A DNA stretch of 64,000 bases from an uncultured Acidobacteriota bacterium (GCA_963796275.1 CAWCKY010000006.1:2784001-2848000), one strand, 5' to 3'; positions 29,861 through 40,079 are shown, numbered from the stretch's first letter. The notes: generated from the sequence alone by a model not told the origin. Translations and numbers: made by a program.

Positions 29861-30314
29861 TGCCTTTGCTCTAGCGCGCTTGCTACCAACGTTTACAAAC
29901 AAGGTAGCCGCCCGACCCGGATTGAGGTATAATTTAAACAACTGGCAGCGGTAACTAATGGCTGAGGACGCTGCTGAATCGGCGGGAGCGAAAGCGCCCG
30001 CCATTACTATTTCTATGCTGAAGAGCGTTGCGTGCGAAGATAACTTTGTCGAAGACGCTCAAAAATTCTCGTGAAACGGGCCAATATTGAGTTGAAGGAT
30101 CGAAACCTTAAGGCGTAAACCCTCCATAGTTCAAATGGTAAGGGACACAGCAACGATGCGGGCGTTTGGTGATTTAGGTCTTCACGCGGTTTGGTAGTAT
30201 TTGGGTGATTCTGGGCTCCGCTGTCGTTTGCCTGATGGCGAATGCCATTTCTTGTAATCCTTAGCTATGATTTTTCAGTGACACTTCTTCAGCTTGGACA
30301 GAAGGGTAAGGGGC

Positions 30315-30791
30315 ATGTCTAATACGAATATGTCAAAGATGATTCGTTCGCTTCCGCTACGCATTTCGCTGATTAAGCCTCCACCTGGCGTGCTGCTTTG
30401 TTTGCAGCAAGGCAAAGACGATCTTGTTCCGCCAACTTCGGATTCGGGAGAAAAGGTCTCTTTTGACTTTACGGTGAACATTGCCAATAACCAGGCTGAT
30501 GGGCCACCGAATTTTCGCGGCCCATTTGTACAGGGACCTACAGGCAGCAGATTCATCTATATCAACTCTGGAACCTATGCGGGACATTCGGATTCCTGTT
30601 GGTCGAGACGCGCCAAGGTCCCGCTTTCGAGTATCACATGGGAGCTGATCGATGGGGCGCTGTCAAAATCAAGCGTTTTATTGGAGGCGCGCATCGCAGG
30701 AACTGCCAAGGATGGCGGTCCGGCGTGTGCGACTGTCAGGTTCCTGGATGACGGTTGGATTGTTCGAAAGATACAACAGAAACCAGACTGA
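30315..30791 (+). CDS. Conserved hypothetical protein (DUF5990-like)
   Basis: PPPGV...GPFVQGP..RFIYI.SG...WSRRAKVPL...GGPACAT. Family name is from recall. Confidence 0.65.
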   Translation: MSNTNMSKMIRSLPLRISLIKPPPGVLLCLQQGKDDLVPPTSDSGEKVSFDFTVNIANNQADGPPNFRGPFVQGPTGSRFIYINSGTYAGHSDSCWSRRAKVPLSSITWELIDGALSKSSVLLEARIAGTAKDGGPACATVRFLDDGWIVRKIQQKPD

Positions 30792-31021
30792 ATCGGTTTC
30801 GGTGTTAGGGATAGATGCGGTCTTCGATCTCTGTGATATTGGATATCAACTCATTCGATTTTACTCTGAGCTAACGGAAGTGAGAGTTTCGGTCGCGACA
30901 TCTTCGGTGTTCCTTCATAGATCAGTAATCCAGAACAAATTAACCAAAGGATCATCTGGCGGCACTAATCCGGCGAGACTGTAATTTTAGGGCCGTGCCG
31001 GCGCTGGTGGTATCCTGCGAC

Positions 31022-31098
31022 GCATAACGGCTGTGTTCACCGGGCCTCCGTGTACCCTTGGTTTTCAAGAAACCCTGGAACCGCCGGCTCCGGTGCAA
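31022..31098 (-). other. Partial attC-like site
   Basis: Minus strand TTGCACCGGAGCC...GGCCCGGTGAACACAGCC-GTTATGC. The 3' GTT box is present and the 5' AAC box is lost. Confidence 0.55.
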
Positions 31099-31179
31099 TG
31101 GAATCCCCGCCGCCTTACGCTACCGCCATAGACACAATAGCCTTTCAACGGCCTGCATTTTAGGCAGCCTGAATGCCAA

Positions 31180-31560
31180 CTATGCTGACGCCCGGAACAG
31201 CAGCTTGTAGCTATCTCGATGAAAATATGCAATGAAAATGTTAGCCAGCACCAAAAAGGCAGCCACTGGGAGTCCCGTCATATCCAAGAAAGTATGAACC
31301 AAGAAAATATTCACAATGATTGGGGCAATCAATATACTCGCGAGAGGAACGAAACGTCCAGACACGAATGCCAAACCGCAAATGAGTTCGATCACTTTTA
31401 CTGTCGGCATGATATAGACAGAAGCTTCAAGACCATCCCCAAAAATCTTCATAGCGCCTTCGGGCGGAGGCGGTGTGATAAGCTTGAAAAAATATGTGAT
31501 GGATGCAAAAAGGAAAAGCAGCCCCATCAGAGTACGCACGATAATTGCGGCAATTTTCAT
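31180..31560 (-). CDS. DoxX-family membrane protein
   Basis: R.LMGLLF...Y..P.VK.IE..G...PI.VNI..H. AGGAGG RBS. Confidence 0.85.
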   Translation of the reverse strand: MKIAAIIVRTLMGLLFLFASITYFFKLITPPPPEGAMKIFGDGLEASVYIMPTVKVIELICGLAFVSGRFVPLASILIAPIIVNIFLVHTFLDMTGLPVAAFLVLANIFIAYFHRDSYKLLFRASA

Positions 31561-31942
31561 TAACTTGTTCCTCCTGTGTTAGCATCCCCAGATCGGAGAT
31601 GCGTGCTCAGTCCAATCTACTGAAAAGTAAAGAAGTCTTTCATCGCTCTCCCGCGAGCTTGGCTGGCGAGGTTCCGAGTGAATAGCGCAAGGCTTGCTTA
31701 ACCCAAACTCTTATTATATCTGATAGGAGCCGAAATGGTTTACTAAATTTTCTGCAGCGAGTGTTCGCCTATTGCATAAAGCACGCGACGCATAGGGATT
31801 GAGTGCTTGCACCGTCACAGACATAAGATATTAACCACAGAGAGAGTCTAGGATCAGGGATGATGACAGACTCATCTGATCAGATGACTTACTATAGAAA
31901 TATACGCTTGATGATTATGGACAAATTCCGGAGGAGGAACCG

Positions 31943-32290
31943 ATGAGTGAAATTCTGGTTATTGCCAGGCTCAAGATCCACGATGGCAAACTTGAGGAAT
32001 TCAAACGCATCGCCGAAAAGTGCATGCAATCCGTTCGCACTAAGGATTCTGGGACGTTGCAGTACGACTGGTTCTTTAGCGAAGACCATTCCGAGTGTGT
32101 CGTACACGAGAGATATCGTGACTCTAACGCTGCTCTTGAGCACAATGCGAATCTGGGAGAAACGCTACGCGAACTTTTTGAGACATGCACTGGTTCGGGC
32201 GAGATATTCGGGACGCCGAGCCCGGAACTGGTAGGGGAGGGGCTCAGGCGTATCAACGCGAAGATCTACTCACCCTACCAGTCCATCTAG
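31943..32290 (+). CDS. Putative quinol monooxygenase (ABM domain)
   Basis: A..KI..GKLEEFK...GTLQYDWF...E.Y.D..A..H. GGAGG RBS. Confidence 0.8.
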   Translation: MSEILVIARLKIHDGKLEEFKRIAEKCMQSVRTKDSGTLQYDWFFSEDHSECVVHERYRDSNAALEHNANLGETLRELFETCTGSGEIFGTPSPELVGEGLRRINAKIYSPYQSI

Positions 32291-32517
32291 TCCGCCTCTT
32301 TCTAGACAACAGCAGGATGATAATGCCCGGCCGTTCTTCAAACCTGAAACATCCTCTGAGATGATCCTATGGGCAATCGGGTGATCGGGAGCGCCGCGTT
32401 TCACAAAGCAGACGGAGGATACAATTTATCTTGGCCTAATGTCGATTTGGACACCCGCCGTTCGATTCACCTGTGAAGAAAACAATTTTTATGCAAGCAA
32501 AGTTGAAAGGAAATACA

Positions 32518-33018
32518 ATGCGAATCGCAGACTCAATCCTGATGGAAATAGAAGAAGAAGCAGCGATCACTCGGCGGCTGCTGGAGCGGGTTCCTGAAGA
32601 TAGGCTCACATGGCAACCTCATCCGAAATCAATGACCTTGGGTGAACTTGCTTTGCATGTGGCGCAAACCCAACGTGGAGTTGTTGATTTTGTATCTGCG
32701 GATACGAGAGAAGCGCCCGATTTCGGCTCCCGGCCATCTGCTGAATCGAAAACACATCTGTTATCGGAATTTGATGCATCCCTGGCGCACGCCAAAGAGG
32801 TGATCAATCGCTGGGATGACGCCACGGCTACCGCCAATTGGACATTGACGAAAGACGGCAATGTCTTGATGTCACTCCCTCGCATCGGATTTATGCGAGC
32901 GATCGGAATGAACCACCTGTATCATCATCGCGGGCAATTATCTGTTTATCTGCGACTGCTCGACGTGCCGCTGCCTTCGATCTACGGGCCAAGCGCGGAT
33001 GAAAGCCCATTCGGATGA
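32518..33018 (+). CDS. DinB-family protein
   Basis: TRRLLERVP, W.PHPKSMTLG.LA.H, H.YHHRGQLSVYLR...PSIYGPSAD. Confidence 0.9.
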   Translation: MRIADSILMEIEEEAAITRRLLERVPEDRLTWQPHPKSMTLGELALHVAQTQRGVVDFVSADTREAPDFGSRPSAESKTHLLSEFDASLAHAKEVINRWDDATATANWTLTKDGNVLMSLPRIGFMRAIGMNHLYHHRGQLSVYLRLLDVPLPSIYGPSADESPFG

Positions 33019-33120
33019 CTGACGCTGATGATTCATGGAGATCAATCTCTCGTAAGTACTGCCGGACCGGACGCGAAACTGTGATCGCCGAGCTGATGGT
33101 TGCGCTCAAAGCCGGTGTCG

Positions 33121-33236
33121 GACCTGGTGTCGATCTTCGGGTCACGTGGTCGTGTTTCGAAAGTAGTCAATGGCAAGCGCGCGATCAGCAAGGCTCGGGC
33201 GAAGGCGCTGGGAGAATTCTTCAAAGTCTCACCGAG
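33121..33236 (+). pseudogene. 3' remnant of a HigA-like HTH antitoxin, paralogous to 63666-63782
   Basis: DLVSIFGSRGRVSKVVNGKRAISKARAKALGEFFKVSP. Confidence 0.8.
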
Positions 33237-33412
33237 CTCGTCGAGAAGGGAAATTGGCGCAACGCCGGCGTTGTTGACGAGTACATCGAGCTTGCCATAT
33301 CGCTCAATTGCCAACCCGACGAGATTGGATAAGTCTTCGCGCCGTTTAACGTCTGTTCGTGCGTAGGCTGCCTTGCCGTCCGATGCCTCGATGCGGTCAG
33401 CGAGACGATCCG
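33235..33412 (-). pseudogene. Internal fragment of an SDR oxidoreductase
   Basis: TDV..REDL..LV..A..YGKLDVLVNNAG, lacking both ends. Confidence 0.75.
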
Positions 33413-33456
33413 AACCTTGATCCACCAGACTGTCTGGGGCAGCGCTTCAACCAGGG

Positions 33457-34005
33457 CTACCTTCTCGGTTCATACCGCATCGCCACCACCCCCGAGCCGA
33501 ACTCCAGTCGGCTCACGAGCTTCAAGTCGATACACTTCGGTAGCCCCGCGAACAAAGTCGGCCCATGGCCCGCCAGCCTGGGCTGCACCACGAACTCGTA
33601 CTCATCGATCAATCCCAGCTCCGCCAACGCCAGCGGGAGCTTCACGCCTCCCGTGAACAGTCCCTTACCCGACTCCTGCTTGAGCTGCTGAACGGCTTTC
33701 CCAATATCCCCGCGCACGAGCTCCGCGTTCCAGTCGACCCGCTCCAGGGTGCTCGACACGACATACTTCTTCTTCGCGTTGATCGTCCGGGCGAAGGGTT
33801 CCATCCAATCAGGCCTCGCTCCCGTCCGCGCCGGCGACCGGAACGCTGCCTCCATCATTTCATAAGTCACCCGGCCAAAAAGGAGGGCATCGGCCCGGTC
33901 GAGGTTCTCGACCGCGTGACGATGCAAGTCTTCGTCCGGGAGCATGACACGATGATCGCAGCACCCGTCCAGGGTTATGTTGATGGAATACCGAAGGGGT
34001 CGCAT
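33457..34005 (-). CDS. Dihydrofolate reductase/RibD C-terminal family protein
   Basis: NITLDG, LLFGRVTYE, KYVVS, GG..L...L...GLIDEY...P...G.GP.LF. Confidence 0.9.
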   Translation of the reverse strand: MRPLRYSINITLDGCCDHRVMLPDEDLHRHAVENLDRADALLFGRVTYEMMEAAFRSPARTGARPDWMEPFARTINAKKKYVVSSTLERVDWNAELVRGDIGKAVQQLKQESGKGLFTGGVKLPLALAELGLIDEYEFVVQPRLAGHGPTLFAGLPKCIDLKLVSRLEFGSGVVAMRYEPRR

Positions 34006-34034
34006 AACGTAAGTGTACCGATCGCCATATGGCG

Positions 34035-34112
34035 GCCTAACTACTTGCGCTGAGCCGCAGCGCATTCCAGCTCTCTTCCAAATGCGCTGTCGGCTCCAGC
34101 GCGGGGTTAGGC
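34035..34112 (-). other. Complete integron attC-like site
   Basis: Minus strand GCCTAAC-CCCGCGCTGGAGCCGACAGCGCATT...AATGCGCTGCGGCTCAGCGCAAGTA-GTTAGGC. Confidence 0.85.
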
Positions 34113-34211
34113 TTCGTGCCCGGTCGCTACTCATCTGGTTACAGACGGGCACGGCACCGATGCGGGCTCGTAGGGACGCACCACCACCACCGTCCGGTGA
34201 TTAATGCGTCG

Positions 34212-35492
34212 TCACTTCGCCTTGTTCTCCTCCAGAAAGAGGCCCGATTTGCCGGCGCTGACGACGTCCATGTCGCCATCGCCATCCATGTCGCGTACTA
34301 CGATCTGCAAACCGCCGCCAGCCTTGCCGCCATAGGCGATGGTGTGGCGGGTCCATTCGACGACGCCGCCACGTGCTATGCGTTTGAATTCGTACCAATA
34401 GAGACCCAGCGGGTCCTCGTCGCCAGGAGCGGGGGCATTGCGGGCCATGTAACGCTTGCCAGTGACGATATCCGGGTGTCCGTCGCCATTCATGTCGGCG
34501 AGTACCGACGCGTGGGCGTGCGACCAGGAATTGTCGATGACATACTGGAGCCAGGAGCCGTCGGCGCGCTGCTCGAACCAGCAGAGTCCGTAACTGTGCG
34601 CGCTCGTGGTGAGGACGTCGTTCCGGCCGTCGCCGTTGATGTCGAGGACGTGAAGAAACCCCCATTCGGCGATGCGGCCGCCCTGCGCAGCGGCGCCAGG
34701 TGGCCGATTGAGGTCGATCATCACGGACATGGGCGGCGGGATGGTCGTTGAGGGCTTGGTTGAAGCAGGCGGAAGGCCGATCGGATGCTGCTGCCAATTG
34801 GTCGGATGGAAGGTCCAGTTGCCTGGAGTGCGCGGGTCGGCAGGAGCCTCCAGCCAGCCCTGTGGCGTCAGGATGTCATTCCGCTTGTCGCCGTTGACAT
34901 CTCCGACGCCGATGCCGTGGCCATAGCTTCGTGTACTGACCTCATGCTTTTTCCATTTGCCGTCGCGGAATTCATACCAGGTGAGCGGAGCACCCGCCGC
35001 CCCCGTAAATTGGGGCAGTAGCTCGCGCGCCTTGCCGTCATTGTCGAGGTCGACCACAAACGCGAATTCGGTCGGCCCGACCGCGTCGATCAGGTTCTCC
35101 GTCCAGGCGCTTCCGCTCTTGCCCGGGTTCTTCGCCCACACGATGCGGCGCGCGAAATAGCCGATCTGGATGACGTCCATAAACCCATCGCCATCCACGT
35201 CGAGCGGCAGGTCGCTGAAGCTGTCGACGTACCCGTTGGTCACCGGAATGGTCCGGATCGGGTGCGTGATCCAAGTTGGAGCCTCATACCAATTCTCGGC
35301 GGAGACGATGTCGAGCTTGCCGTCGTTGTTAAAGTCAGCGATGGCCGCACTCTCGGCGGCTCCGCCATCGATCTGGATCGTCTTGAAGGGCAGTGCGCCC
35401 GAAACACGCGCCAAGCTTGCAGAGGTTCCAGACTGGGAATGGACCGCCGCACTCATGCCGGCGATGGCAAACATGAACAGGATTCGTTTCAT
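34212..35492 (-). CDS. Secreted FG-GAP/VCBS-repeat protein
   Basis: Signal peptide and repeated DxNxDGxxD motifs. Confidence 0.85.
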   Translation of the reverse strand: MKRILFMFAIAGMSAAVHSQSGTSASLARVSGALPFKTIQIDGGAAESAAIADFNNDGKLDIVSAENWYEAPTWITHPIRTIPVTNGYVDSFSDLPLDVDGDGFMDVIQIGYFARRIVWAKNPGKSGSAWTENLIDAVGPTEFAFVVDLDNDGKARELLPQFTGAAGAPLTWYEFRDGKWKKHEVSTRSYGHGIGVGDVNGDKRNDILTPQGWLEAPADPRTPGNWTFHPTNWQQHPIGLPPASTKPSTTIPPPMSVMIDLNRPPGAAAQGGRIAEWGFLHVLDINGDGRNDVLTTSAHSYGLCWFEQRADGSWLQYVIDNSWSHAHASVLADMNGDGHPDIVTGKRYMARNAPAPGDEDPLGLYWYEFKRIARGGVVEWTRHTIAYGGKAGGGLQIVVRDMDGDGDMDVVSAGKSGLFLEENKAK

Positions 35493-35809
35493 GGCTGATT
35501 CCATGGGTTATTTCGTCAGCTCACGCTCATCACCAGCTTCGCTTAGAAGTCTAACTAGAATTCTGCGGACTAAGAAGGTTTCTACTGTCAGAAACATGTT
35601 TCCATTATCAGAGATTACTTTCCGCAGATGGGAAAGTTTCAGCTTTCAACTATCGGAAACATTTGCTTGATGGCTCATTCACAAGAATGCTGGTAAAGGT
35701 GAAAGGTAATTTTAGAGCAGAATGAAAACAGGCTTCAAGAGAACTGCATCGAAAATGATGATTCAGCCAAATTACCTCTGAAAGTGCGCTACGCGTAAAG
35801 CGTCCGGTG

Positions 35810-36015
35810 ACGCGTGGTTGAGCGCCGAAGTGGCGGGCTTCCTGTTCGAAACGGCGCAGACGATCAGAATCCGGGCGATTTCGGTGAGCAGCAATTTGAT
35901 GGCGACCCGCGCCGAGCCGCTGGTCTTCAGCCAAATAGACCGCGCCGACTCCACCCGCGCCAAGTAGAGAAACAACCTCATAATGGTTGATGCGTGTGCC
36001 GGGAGTAATAATCAT
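35810..36015 (-). pseudogene. N-terminal fragment of a Ser/Thr protein kinase, frameshifted and truncated
   Basis: YEVVSLLGAGG.G.VYLAED, RVAIKLL, RLRRFEQEAR and SALNH are spread over three frames. Confidence 0.8.
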
Positions 36016-36036
36016 GTTGACTTGATATGGCGGCCT

Positions 36037-37368
36037 TTAATCGGCGATCGCTTGATAAGCCAGGACACGAAACTCCGAGCCGTATTCCAGGCCGTTGTGC
36101 GGCAAAATCTGGATCATGAAGATGCCGATCAATTCTTCCTGCGGATCAATCCAGAATCGCGTTCCGGCCGCGCCGCCCCAGTTGTATTCGCCTGGCGATC
36201 CCATCATTCCCGCTTCACCCGGAGCTTTACTGACAGCGAAACCGAGGCCGAATCCGACGCCCGGCCCCATTCCAGGAATGGCTCCCAGATTGTCGCTTCT
36301 CATCAGCTGGACGGTCTTGCGGCTGAGCAGTCGCTTGCCGCCATATTGCCCCTGGTTGAGCAACATCTGGCAAAAGCGCAGATAATCATAGGTTGTCGAA
36401 ACCAGCCCGCCGCCGCCTGAAGGCATCGTGGGCGGCTCTAGAAAGGAAGGCACGGCGTTGGGGAATTTCTCCAGGCATTCCTGCCTTGTCGCGCAAATCA
36501 CCGCCGGCTTGATTTTGCCGTCTTTGGTCGGACTGTAGAGTTTTGCAAAGCGATCCTTTTTATCGGCTGAGACATAAAATCCGGTGTCGCGCATTTCCAG
36601 CGGAGTGAAGATGCGCTCCTGCAAAAATTGTTCGAAGGATTTGCCCGACAGGACTTCAACCAGACGCCCGAGAACGTCAACCGAAACGCTGTAATGCCAG
36701 CGCGCGCCGGGCTCGTAGAGCAATGGGATATTGCTGAGGTTTGTGATGAATTCCGCCAGATTCAGATCGCTCAGTATCCCGGCCTTCCGATATTCCCGAT
36801 CAACCAGCGTGTCGCCAAAAACGCCGTATGTCAGCCCCGCCGTATGTCGCAACAGATCGCGGACCGTGATCGGGCGTTTCGCGGGCACGTTTTTGAGCGT
36901 GGGCATACCTGTCTGCGGGTCTTTTTCTTCGGTCCCCACCTGCATCTTGGCGAATTCCGGGAGATATTTGGCGACCGGATCGTTGAGCTGAAACTTGCCT
37001 TCTTCGTATAGCATCATCACCGCGACGCTGGTGATAGGTTTGCTCATCGAATAAATACGGTGAATCGTATCGAGCCGCATCGGCTTCCCCGCTTCTACAT
37101 CGGCCATGCCGAAGGTTTCCTGATAAGCGATCTTGCCGCGCCGGGCGATTAAACCGATGGCGCCTGGAATCTGTTTTTCCGCCACGTGCCGATTCATCAC
37201 TGAGCGGATGTTGGCGAGGCGAGCGCTGGTCAGGCCGACCTCTTCAGGCGCGACAGCCGGCAATTCATTGTTGCTTTTGCCGGGGGACGCGCTGGAGATT
37301 GGGCCAGACGCAGGATTGATGGACAGAGTGAGCAGAACTAACAGTAGAGAAATCAATACCCGTCTCAT
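36037..37368 (-). CDS. Secreted serine hydrolase, beta-lactamase class C family
   Basis: SMSK, LLRHTAG, YS, GGGG, WGG motifs. GAGGAGG RBS. Confidence 0.9.
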   Translation of the reverse strand: MRRVLISLLLVLLTLSINPASGPISSASPGKSNNELPAVAPEEVGLTSARLANIRSVMNRHVAEKQIPGAIGLIARRGKIAYQETFGMADVEAGKPMRLDTIHRIYSMSKPITSVAVMMLYEEGKFQLNDPVAKYLPEFAKMQVGTEEKDPQTGMPTLKNVPAKRPITVRDLLRHTAGLTYGVFGDTLVDREYRKAGILSDLNLAEFITNLSNIPLLYEPGARWHYSVSVDVLGRLVEVLSGKSFEQFLQERIFTPLEMRDTGFYVSADKKDRFAKLYSPTKDGKIKPAVICATRQECLEKFPNAVPSFLEPPTMPSGGGGLVSTTYDYLRFCQMLLNQGQYGGKRLLSRKTVQLMRSDNLGAIPGMGPGVGFGLGFAVSKAPGEAGMMGSPGEYNWGGAAGTRFWIDPQEELIGIFMIQILPHNGLEYGSEFRVLAYQAIAD

Positions 37369-37454
37369 AATTCCTCCTCGGAAGCCTCACCCTTCGGGTC
37401 CTGTAAGGGCAATGGCATTGAATTGAGGTACCTATCAGGTAAGCACTTTATCTT

Positions 37455-38716
37455 GTCAATTACCCGCCACTAAGCTCGAAGACTCACAATAGTGGGGGCT
37501 TGCGATTCGACTCTTAGAGTCGTCCGCGATTGGCTGATTGACGGCAGCCCTGCTCCGAATGTTGAGAGCAGCGTTGATGTCGGCGTTACGGCAGTGACCG
37601 CATTGCCGACATTTGAAAACTTTTTGAGATTGCCGGTTAACTTTAGAGATATGGCCACAACTGGAACATTCACGAGAAGTGCTACGCGGGTTCACGGTAA
37701 GCACTGGCACGCGCGCGAGCTTGGCCTTGTACTCAATAAAGCAGCGCAATTGACCGAACGACCAGGAATGCAATTCAGAACGTTTAGCCTTGCGAGCCCG
37801 AACCCTCGAACGAATGCCTTTCAAGTCTTCCAATGCAATCGCTCGATTCGTGCGTTTGGCTTTGTCTACGATCTGTTTGCTGATTTGGTGATTGATGTCT
37901 TTGGCAAAGAGCGACTCTTTTCTGCGTCTCTCACGCAATCGTCTCTTTGCGCTTTTGGTTTTCTTCGCTTGCAGCCGTCGCCGAAGCTTCAAATGTCGCT
38001 TTCTCAGATTTTTAGTGTGGCTACCGGAAAACGATTTACCATCCGAATCGGCGGCGATCCGGGCAATCCCGAGATCAATGCCGAGATAGTCATCCGGGTT
38101 ATACGGCGACTCTTCGACTACATTGACCGTCGCAAACAAGTACCATCGGCCTTTACGGTAGACCAGATCAGATTCACCTTGGCGGGATGCGAGCAGAATC
38201 TTTTCTCGCTCTCCACCAACAAACGGAATCTTCTGTCTGCCTGTGACAGTCCAGATAGAAACGTAGTTTTCGCCGTAACGAAGAATTCGATCATCGAAAG
38301 CAATCGAACCGTGCTGGTGGAAGGTTCGTTGGCGTTCGTGGTCGGGCTTATACGCATCAGCCACTTTAGCGATTACTCGAACGGCAACCTGAGCGGAAAT
38401 ATCGAATTGTTCACGCAGAGCAGAGTAAGCGAGTTTATGGAGGTGAAATTGGCCGAAGGTCTTATGCTCCCACGCTATGCGCGAGCACTCACAAGCAGCT
38501 GCATTGGCTCGCTCAAGCGTCTCTTTCAATGCGGCAGCTTGCTCTTTGGTCGGATTCAGTTTCAATCCTATCGTCAATTTCATGGAACGAATAATACCAC
38601 ACTGCATTCTATACTTGAAGAGATTTTCCGTGCTAAGTCGCGCGGTCTCAAAATTCCTCTCCATCCAAGCTCGCCCAGATGCTCGTCTATGGATGGAGTA
38701 TCCTTTTGAGGTTTAG
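37455..38716 (-). mobile_element. Non-autonomous IS200/IS605-family (IS1341-like) element carrying tnpB only
   Basis: Left-end hairpin CTCCATCC...GGATGGAG after TTCAT. Right-end CAAGCCCCCAC...GTGGCGGGTAATTGAC. No tnpA. Ends are inferred. Confidence 0.75.
37456..38583 (-). CDS. tnpB: TnpB RNA-guided endonuclease
   Basis: RuvC motifs GIDLG, ALEDL and NADINAA. Zinc finger CSSC/CRQC. Confidence 0.92.
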   Translation of the reverse strand: MKLTIGLKLNPTKEQAAALKETLERANAAACECSRIAWEHKTFGQFHLHKLAYSALREQFDISAQVAVRVIAKVADAYKPDHERQRTFHQHGSIAFDDRILRYGENYVSIWTVTGRQKIPFVGGEREKILLASRQGESDLVYRKGRWYLFATVNVVEESPYNPDDYLGIDLGIARIAADSDGKSFSGSHTKNLRKRHLKLRRRLQAKKTKSAKRRLRERRRKESLFAKDINHQISKQIVDKAKRTNRAIALEDLKGIRSRVRARKAKRSELHSWSFGQLRCFIEYKAKLARVPVLTVNPRSTSRECSSCGHISKVNRQSQKVFKCRQCGHCRNADINAALNIRSRAAVNQPIADDSKSRIASPHYCESSSLVAGN

Positions 38717-38869
38717 ATGAATAATCGCCTGTCACCGGTCTCCACTCCGTAAGATGAGATATCGCCTGAATCTTGAATCCATCCGTCGAATACCGCAAGA
38801 CCAGACCGGTAGATCTGAAAAAGTCGCCCGGTATTGAGCGATCATTTGAGTCTAATTAGAGGTGCCGGA

Positions 38870-39100
38870 TCAGTATCCCTTCTCACAAAAGTGAGCCAGA
38901 ACGCTTATCGAAAGAGTCGCCGAAACGAGCCGCGAACGATTTCCCTCTTTCGGTGAAGAGCTGGCATTGATTAACTTTTTGCGATAAGCCCGGGCCGCGC
39001 GGAAATGCCCATCTGCGAGCCGTGCTGATCGTAGCAGCAGACACTGGGTTACGCGAGAACGAGATGTTCACTCTGGAAAAGAGTGATATCGATTTCAGGT
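38870..39100 (+). pseudogene. Decayed tyrosine integrase fragment related to 61025-62344
   Basis: PFSQK*ARTLIERVAETSRERFPSFGEELAL and AHLRAVLIVAADTGLRENEMFTL..DIDF. Confidence 0.8.
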
Positions 39101-39247
39101 CGGGGGGCACATTACGTGCGAATGTCGCTAACTGGCGGAGAAAGACGGTCTGTCTTTATTGCGGCTGACAAAATATTACTCGTCACCATTTATATGGCTA
39201 AGGGGGTACACCAGTCTCAATCTGAAGTGAGATTTCTTCCGCCATTC

Positions 39248-39277
39248 TGGACTTACAAAAGGCGAGGCGTTTACAAT
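39248..39277 (+). promoter_or_regulatory. Possible sigma70 promoter, leaderless to ATG 39285
   Basis: TGGACT-N18-TACAAT, ending 7 nt before the ATG. Confidence 0.35.
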
Positions 39278-39284
39278 CACGGCG

Positions 39285-39725
39285 ATGCGGATTAATTGGC
39301 CGGCGACAAAAAGAATGGTTCGACTTCATTTCGCCGTCTTCATCTTGTTGTGGTGGGGCGGACTGAATTGTCTTTCCGGCTGCCTGATTCCGAAGATAGG
39401 CGCTGACGGCGAAAGCCATTGTTCGATGGGCGGCGAGGGCGGAGATTGTTGTCATATCCAGGCCGGCGGCGAAGAATCGCTTTCATCAAAATCAATCAGA
39501 GCGCCTTCCACTTCAATACAATCTTTATCATGCTGTTCTCTCCTATCGCTTTCAGGGGATGTAAGTCGTGACGTGCGAGCCGTTGACGGCGCGCCTACTT
39601 CGGCGATATTGAGTCGAGCAGGATTCATTCCTGAAAGCGGGCCTCGCGTCCAATTTCCTGACCGTTGGGTGCGCCTCCCTGATCGCGGAGGAACTCACCT
39701 CCTTCACTGTGTCTTCCTGATTTAG
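39285..39725 (+). CDS. Cys/His-rich membrane-anchored hypothetical protein (metal-operon leader type)
   Basis: Hydrophobic N-terminus, CLSGC, HC...DCCH, SCC, C-terminal THLLHCVFLI. Confidence 0.65.
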   Translation: MRINWPATKRMVRLHFAVFILLWWGGLNCLSGCLIPKIGADGESHCSMGGEGGDCCHIQAGGEESLSSKSIRAPSTSIQSLSCCSLLSLSGDVSRDVRAVDGAPTSAILSRAGFIPESGPRVQFPDRWVRLPDRGGTHLLHCVFLI

Positions 39726-39812
39726 AAAAAAAGTTTGCACGCGGAATTCTTATCAGCGCCAGTATGCTCACTGGTCTATGGGCAAACTTTATCTAAAATA
39801 GGAGATACAACA

Positions 39813-39992
39813 ATGAAATCCGTTAAAACATTCGTCATCGCTTTAGTCCTCGGGTTGGGCGTCGTTGTGTACGCGGCCGATGGTTCACAGGCCTCAACGC
39901 GGTCTTGCTGTCTGACTGGGGCTGACTGCTGTGTCGCCGGCGCAAGTTGCTGCACGTGCAGATTGTGCTGCGCGACTCACGAAGCCAAGTGA
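39813..39992 (+). CDS. Small secreted Cys-rich (metallothionein-like) protein
   Basis: AGGAG RBS, signal peptide, SCCLTGADCCVAGASCCTCRLCC. Confidence 0.75.
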   Translation: MKSVKTFVIALVLGLGVVVYAADGSQASTRSCCLTGADCCVAGASCCTCRLCCATHEAK

Positions 39993-40010
39993 GCTAATCG
40001 TTAATCAAGA

Positions 40011-40043
40011 GGGGCGGGGGCGGACATCGTCCGCGCCCGCTCC
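40011..40043 (+). other. Strong intergenic GC hairpin
   Basis: GGGGCGGGGGCGGAC-ATC-GTCCGCGCCCGCTCC, with no U-tract. Confidence 0.5.
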
Positions 40044-40079
40044 GCGTTCAACGCACAATCAATCCAAGGAGAATTCGCA

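Noticed and set aside
36037-37368. Antibiotic-resistance beta-lactamase
   Set aside because: The motifs fit the broad serine-hydrolase/esterase family. Nothing specifically indicates beta-lactam hydrolysis.
37492-38709. 405-aa plus-strand ORF
   Set aside because: It is an antisense shadow of tnpB with no recognisable motifs.
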